A DNA stretch of 32,000 nucleotides, taken from the NCBI RefSeq assembly GCF_000253055.1, contig NC_016070.1, forward strand, positions 990,001 to 1,022,000. Direction: 5' to 3'. Every line of letters begins with the position of its first letter. The stretch's first letter is position 1. The notes below the pieces were generated by a model. It saw only the letters and a list, made by a program, of their open reading frames with translations. It was not told the origin of the DNA and did no database searches. This document shows, piece by piece, positions 27,493 through 32,000 of the stretch. A program made the translations under genes and the position numbers. This stretch comes from Thermoproteus tenax Kra 1. Its GTDB lineage: Archaea; Thermoproteota; Thermoprotei; Thermoproteales; Thermoproteaceae.

Positions 27493-27774
27493 ATGAGGTT
27501 CAACTCTGTTGTGGCTAGGCGCGGGACGTCGAGGGCTGTGCTCAAGGTCTATAAGAAGGGGATTGTGGCCCTGCCCAAGGCTCTGAGAGAGGAGGTGGGG
27601 ATCGAAGAGGGCGAGGAGGTCGTGGCGGAGGTCGTCGGGGAGGCTATCGTGTTAAGGCCGCTCAAGCCCAGGGTAGTGGATGTAAGCCCCGAAGAGGTGG
27701 AAAACGCTGTCAAGGAGGAGAAGGAGGAGTGGGACAGAAGGCTAGATGCGCTTAGGAAAGAAGCTGGTACTTGA
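27493..27774 (+). CDS. AbrB/SpoVT-type (VapB-like) antitoxin
   Basis: KVYKKGIVALPKALREEVGIEEGEEVVAEVVGEAIVLRPLKP swapped-hairpin AbrB domain; overlaps the next PIN ORF by 29 nt. True start may be an internal GTG. Confidence 0.8.
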   Translation: MRFNSVVARRGTSRAVLKVYKKGIVALPKALREEVGIEEGEEVVAEVVGEAIVLRPLKPRVVDVSPEEVENAVKEEKEEWDRRLDALRKEAGT

Positions 27775-28120
27775 CACAAGCGTACTAGTTGAGCACATCG
27801 TTGCCAGGTCCCCCTTACAAGGGCCTCGTCGAAAACACTTCCGGAGAGCCGCAAGGGGGGAGCTAGAGCTCAACGTAAACGCCGTCACCCTAGCCGAGAC
27901 GCTGTATGTCGCGTCAAGGATCTACAGCACGGCTGGAGTGGAAGACCCCAACGGAGAGGCTAGAAACTTCGTGACGTGGGTCACGAGGAGAGCCGATGTG
28001 CTAGACATAGACATACACACGTCGACCCTAGCCGGAGAGCTCAAAAAAGAGGCTAAAGATAGCGCTCCCGGACTTATTGCAGTCCGGATATCTGTGTATG
28101 TTGGGGTGCACTTTGTTTAA
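27746..28120 (+). pseudogene. PIN-domain (VapC-like) toxin, probably frameshifted
   Basis: KLVLDTSVLVEHI, NAVTLAETLYVASRIY, DIDIHTSTLAGELKK are PIN-like; after the A6 run at 28043-28048 the expected motif (KRLKIALPD...) is found only in another frame. Confidence 0.7.
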
Positions 28121-28292
28121 ACTTTTGCGGCGTGGCGGACGAGGGGGTTGGCCTTTTGTGGCTTTACTCGGCGGCGGCCGGCTACCGTCGGGCTGCTTCG
28201 GGTGTGTCTCATTGGGGCCTGGGATTGTGGAGGTTGGGCCGTCTGGACACCGCCGTGGCTGCTGTGTCGGTCTTGACGTGGGACATGTTGGG

Positions 28293-29618
28293 CTACGCCG
28301 TTTTGATCTCGACCACGTGGGGCGTCTTCAACATCGCCAGGAGTAGGGGGGCTGGGATGACGTCGTCGTCGGCTTCGTCTCTGCTGACGTATATGAACCT
28401 CTTGATTCTGCCGACGGCCCTCCATCCGCCTTTTCTTATTCTGCCGTATTTGACCTCGACGCCCCAGAGCTCTCCGTCTACCTCCGCCACTAGGTCGACC
28501 TCGCCGTTGAGCTTTAGGTAGTAGAGCTTGTAGAGGCGGGCCAGGTGGGCCGCCACGGCGGCCTCCGCCATCTTCGCCTCGTCCGGCGGGGCGGCGCCTA
28601 CCCACTTGGAGAATGAGTGGTATATGAAGGGATCCAGGAGGTAGAACTTCCTCAGCTTTCTGGGCATGGGGAGGCCCGTGTTTGGATCCACGGCTTCGAC
28701 GGTCTTCAGCAGGTGGAGCTTCTCCAGGAGGCCGACGTAGCTAACCGCCGTCTTGACGGTGCCGACGCCGTAGTCGCGCGAGATGGTGTGGAAGCTGAAC
28801 TCCGAGGAGGCCCTCTCGATTATGGCCCGGACCGTCAGCTTGAAGAACGTCTCGCTTCTCCGTAGCTTGTAGATATCGCTGGAGATGCTGCCGACGAAGT
28901 CAAACGCCGTCTCCTGCGAAACGGCGCCTCTCGTGAAGAAGTCCCTGACTGCGTTGGGGAAGCCCCCGACGGCGAGGAAGTATCTAAACAGCTCGGAGAG
29001 CCTCGGCAGTAGGCCGAGGTATCTGTGGAAGTTGTCTACGACGAACCTCAAGTCGCCGGTGGGGATCTCCACCCCGAACAGCCTTACAAACATGGAGAAG
29101 GGGAGGGGGTGCATCACGAGGACTTTCCCAAGGCCCCTCCTCCCGGGGAAGGTCTCCGCCTCCCCCTTGGCGCTTATTGTCAGAGAGCCGGTGAGTATGA
29201 GCACGTCGTTTTCGAAATCCCCCCTGTCTATCCGGTATTTGACAGCCCTAAACCACTCCCGCGGGTAGGTCACCTCGTCCAGCACAATCACCGACGAGCT
29301 CACGCCGGCTCTACGCCTGAACTCGAGGTACCTAGACAAGACCCTGTCCAGCTCTCTATAGTCGGCCAGCTTGTCGCAGGCGAAGTAGAAGACCCCCCTG
29401 GGGTCGGTCCCCCCATCTAGAAGCCTTTTTATGAGCAGGATAAGCGCAGTCGACTTGCCCACCTGCCTCGGCCCAAACACGATGTTTAGAGAATAGGGCT
29501 TGAGAGAGACCGGCAGCTCTACGTCCCAACGCACGGGCGAGGACAGATACCTCCTGTAGTAGGCGTTCTCCCTGATCAACTCCGGCGAGATCCACCATGG
29601 GTTCTGCTCCTCTATCAT
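28293..29618 (-). CDS. ATP-binding protein, AAA_14/DUF4143-type
   Basis: NIVFGPRQVGKSTALILLIKRLL (Walker A), VIVLDEVTYPREWFRAVKY, ILTGSLTI, C-terminal nuclease-like GEVDLVAEVDGELWGVEVKYG. Confidence 0.88.
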   Translation of the reverse strand: MIEEQNPWWISPELIRENAYYRRYLSSPVRWDVELPVSLKPYSLNIVFGPRQVGKSTALILLIKRLLDGGTDPRGVFYFACDKLADYRELDRVLSRYLEFRRRAGVSSSVIVLDEVTYPREWFRAVKYRIDRGDFENDVLILTGSLTISAKGEAETFPGRRGLGKVLVMHPLPFSMFVRLFGVEIPTGDLRFVVDNFHRYLGLLPRLSELFRYFLAVGGFPNAVRDFFTRGAVSQETAFDFVGSISSDIYKLRRSETFFKLTVRAIIERASSEFSFHTISRDYGVGTVKTAVSYVGLLEKLHLLKTVEAVDPNTGLPMPRKLRKFYLLDPFIYHSFSKWVGAAPPDEAKMAEAAVAAHLARLYKLYYLKLNGEVDLVAEVDGELWGVEVKYGRIRKGGWRAVGRIKRFIYVSRDEADDDVIPAPLLLAMLKTPHVVEIKTA

Positions 29619-29893
29619 GTGTACTCAGACTCCACAGAGACTTAAAAACATTGTAGACTGAAAGTAAACATAGCTGACAAGACATGCTCTGGCCCGGATG
29701 GGGAGACTCATCGATCTGCTGCGGTGAAAAGAGCTGTTCCGACGAAGGGGGCCGCCCGGCCCCACGGCCCGGCGCCGGGAGGTTGGATGCCGAGGAAGGG
29801 GCAAGCCGGGGGCGCGACGTCAGCGGTAGCCGCCTGGCGACAGGCAGAAAACGGTCTGGCGCCAAGCTTATAACTTCTACATACAGGGGCGTT

Positions 29894-30376
29894 GTGGGAG
29901 TTTTGCCTAAACCTTGGTTCGACTTGGCAGGGTACAGGAGGGTGAGGCTTGAGGAGGCTAGGGCTGAGGCTGAGCTGGCTAGAAAGTTCCTTGAGCAGGG
30001 CCTGTTGCGGAACGCCGCCGGTAAGGCGCTTCAAGCATGGAAGGCTCTGGTGGCGGCGCTTGCCGCAGAGAGGAGGGAGGAGCTGGCCAAGCTCTACCCT
30101 GGCAAGGTCAGGCTGAGGGGCAGGGGGGCTAGGGTCGACAGAGTAGACTGGATTATTGCAGTTATGCCTACGACGTACCTCAAGGAGGTGGCCATGGCGA
30201 TAGGGGGGAGGGTAGACGCCTTGACGGACAAGGCGCTCTGGATACACCAGTGTCAGTACAACGGGCCCGACCCCGAGGGGGTGTTGAGCCCCTACAGGAG
30301 CGACGAGATGGCGAGGAGAGACGTCGAAACGCTGTTGCGCGGCATCGAGGAGATCCTCTCGTCGCTGGGCCTCTAG
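29894..30376 (+). CDS. PaREP1/PaREP8-like family protein
   Basis: LPKPWFDLAGYRRVRLEEARAEAELARKFLEQGLLRNAAGKALQAWKALVAALAAERREEL resembles the PaREP1 family of Thermoproteales. GTG 29894 or TTG 29903 start assumed. Confidence 0.8.
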   Translation: MGVLPKPWFDLAGYRRVRLEEARAEAELARKFLEQGLLRNAAGKALQAWKALVAALAAERREELAKLYPGKVRLRGRGARVDRVDWIIAVMPTTYLKEVAMAIGGRVDALTDKALWIHQCQYNGPDPEGVLSPYRSDEMARRDVETLLRGIEEILSSLGL

Positions 30377-30479
30377 GGTAGGAAACGGCCAGCTCTCCAA
30401 CAACTTTTGAAGGTCTTGATCTGTTGATTCCCCCGGCGCCCGATCTCTCCCGCTATATAGACAGAGAGCCCATATCTTT

Positions 30480-30522
30480 ATGACCCCTCCCCGCCCTAAG
30501 GGGCGAGGCTTTCGGTTGTAAA
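30480..30522 (+). repeat. 43-nt tnpB/IS605 3'-end-like element, copy B
   Basis: ATGACCCCTCCCCGCCCTAAGGGGCGAGGCTTTCGGTTGTAAA; frame reads MTPPRPKGRGFRL*; contains hairpin CGCCC-TAAG-GGGCG. Confidence 0.5.
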
Positions 30523-30908
30523 TGAGTGGTTGATGGTAGCCGGTGATGTAGAAGGTTCTGCCCTTCTCCACCCCCCGCAATCTCCACAGACATCCTCGTG
30601 CCGTTGCTGTACTCCAGGTCCAGCCACCCCATGGCGAAGTCCCTGGCCCCTGTGGCTACTAGATACCACCCATGTCCCCTATATATCAAGCTCCCGTTCC
30701 AGTACTCGATATACCTATGGTATAGTTCAGCATCGTGTTGTTGAAGACAAATTTACAAGTCCACGGCGGCGCCTCAACTACCGAGAAGCGTACTGAGACT
30801 GGCAGGAGGAATAGTATGAACACCATGAGGAAGACTATCACGAGATAGGGATTGTTACGGTTCAGATACCCATAGAGGTCAGGGATTGTTTTTTAAAAGA
30901 AGAGGACG

Positions 30909-31619
30909 TTATATGCCGTAGTTCTTTATCACCACTTTTCCCAGGGCGGCGGCCAACTTGGCTATCTGCTGGAGGTGGCTTGAGGGTGGGTTGCAGTATT
31001 GTCTACACCACTGGGAGTCTCTTGGGTCTGTGGTGGGTGGGCCGAGGAGCGGCTGTATCACCACCGTGACCTCGGTCTCCGCTAGGGCGTTGCCTACCTC
31101 CTCTATCCTTTTTGCATAGGTCTCTAGGGGGAGGTTCGCGACAGGGATTCTGAGCTCGATGGGGATTTTTCTGCCTGAGACGGCTTTTAAGGAGGTGAGG
31201 AAGTTCTGCCACAGCTGTTGCCAGTGTGGAACGCCGTACATCTGGTCCGGTATTTTTAGGTCTGTGGCTAGGTGGTCTACCTCGTCTATAACTTTTTCTA
31301 GGGCTTTGGTGAGGGTGGCATTGGTGTTGAGGCTTCTGGCTACGCCGGCTTCCCCAGCCCTTTTGAAGAGGTGTCTCAGCTCCTCCGCTTGTAGCAGGGG
31401 CTCTCCGCCAGTGACGTGTAGGTAGTCTATGTAGGGCTTGGCGCGGGCGAGCTCGTCCAGGAGCCTCTCCACGTCTAGCTCGCCGCAGTTCTGTCGCTCG
31501 GCTATCCTCCAGTTGTGGCAGAAGGGGCATCTTAGGTTGCACCCGCAGAGCCAGAGGGTGAAGGTCACTGCGCCGTTGACGTCGACTGTGGATATGCCCT
31601 TCCAGCCGGCGGCCAACAT
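30909..31619 (-). CDS. nrdG: Anaerobic ribonucleoside-triphosphate reductase activating protein (radical SAM)
   Basis: MLAAGWKGISTVDVNGAVTFTLWLCGCNLRCPFCHNWRIA (CxxxCxxC), HVTGGEPLLQ. Start overlaps the nrdD stop (TAATG). Confidence 0.9.
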   Translation of the reverse strand: MLAAGWKGISTVDVNGAVTFTLWLCGCNLRCPFCHNWRIAERQNCGELDVERLLDELARAKPYIDYLHVTGGEPLLQAEELRHLFKRAGEAGVARSLNTNATLTKALEKVIDEVDHLATDLKIPDQMYGVPHWQQLWQNFLTSLKAVSGRKIPIELRIPVANLPLETYAKRIEEVGNALAETEVTVVIQPLLGPPTTDPRDSQWCRQYCNPPSSHLQQIAKLAAALGKVVIKNYGI

Positions 31620-32000
31620 TAGTAATGCCTCCTGAGCCAGAACTCCCTCCTCCTGTACGGGTTCCAGTTCTTGAGAGGTCTGTAGTAGCCGATTATGCGG
31701 CTCCACACCTCCACGCCCTCGTAGCCGCAGGACGGGCACCTCTTGTAGAGCCCGGTGTAGGTCCTGCCGCAGCGGGGGCAGTGGGTCTGGGCTGGGGTGA
31801 AGCTCCAGTAGACCACCTCTGTCTCTGTTATCCTCCTGGCTAGCTTGGCCAAGGCCTCGGGGTCCGGCTCCTCTCCTAGGAATATGTGCATCATGACGCC
31901 GCCGGTGAACTCCCTCTGCACCTTGGCCTCCACCTCCACCCTCTCCCACAGCTCCATGGGGGCGTAGTAGGGGGCTACGGAGGTGCTGTATATGAGGTCT
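31619..32000 (-). CDS. nrdD: Anaerobic ribonucleoside-triphosphate reductase, C-terminal part (gene continues beyond the window)
   Basis: Gly-radical enzyme C-terminus: CPRCGRTYTGLYKRCPSCG zinc motif and VWSRIIGYYRPLKNWNPYRRREF. Confidence 0.9.
   Translation of the reverse strand, partial: DLIYSTSVAPYYAPMELWERVEVEAKVQREFTGGVMMHIFLGEEPDPEALAKLARRITETEVVYWSFTPAQTHCPRCGRTYTGLYKRCPSCGYEGVEVWSRIIGYYRPLKNWNPYRRREFWLRRHY

Noticed and set aside
28117-28605. 162-aa minus-strand ORF, also 28132-28521 and 28077-28346 on plus
   Set aside because: Overlap the C-terminal coding part of the DUF4143-type ATPase; low-complexity composition. Only the first residues of the 28077 frame matter, as the shifted VapC tail.
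29708-30580. 290-aa minus-strand ORF
   Set aside because: Antisense to the PaREP1-like gene; odd Pro/Gln/Arg-rich composition and no domain; typical high-GC shadow ORF.
31620-31949. N-terminal extension of the nrdG ORF
   Set aside because: It overlaps the nrdD C-terminus in another frame; true start is in the TAATG overlap at 31619.
1-32000. CRISPR array, tRNA or rRNA genes
   Set aside because: No regularly spaced 24-37 nt repeats and no TTCGAAT-type T-loop with a matching acceptor stem seen by eye. A tRNAscan/Infernal run would be decisive, especially as intron-bearing or split tRNAs are hard to see manually.

Overview
This 32 kb archaeal window has high GC, A/T-rich TATA boxes about 25 bp upstream of start codons, and crenarchaeal protein families. 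The gapN-like protein matches, from memory, the non-phosphorylating GAPN of Thermoproteus tenax, so the source is probably a Thermoproteus. From left to right the window holds: (1) a branched-chain amino-acid-type ABC transporter operon (110-5147) followed by an MFS transporter and a two-domain MoeA; (2) a small TusA-like ORF, a beta-hydroxyacid dehydrogenase, a class II glutamine amidotransferase, Lrp/AsnC-type regulators and a bifunctional nuclease (BFN/DUF151) protein; (3) the branched Entner-Doudoroff cluster of gluconate dehydratase (-) divergent from KDG aldolase, KDG kinase and glucoamylase (+); (4) a UppP-like phosphatase, a RadA/RecA paralog, an MFS transporter, small membrane proteins, an MBL hydrolase, a DUF973-like protein and an AAA ATPase; (5) gapN; (6) a decayed or accessory segment (about 22.9-30.9 kb) with a truncated SdhA-like fragment, an AbrB-VapC pair whose VapC seems to be frameshifted, a DUF4143-type ATPase, a PaREP1-like gene and two copies of a 43-nt sequence resembling a tnpB/IS605 3' end; (7) nrdG and the 3' end of nrdD. 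I found no CRISPR array, tRNA or rRNA by eye, and no complete gene set that clearly looks like a new system. The most interesting unexplained signals are three intergenic C/D-box sRNA-like elements with GTGATGA and CTGA spaced to give 48-49 nt, a nested GC hairpin placed about 20-25 bp downstream of an orphan TATA-like box, the duplicated 43-nt element, and the probable one-base frameshift in vapC.
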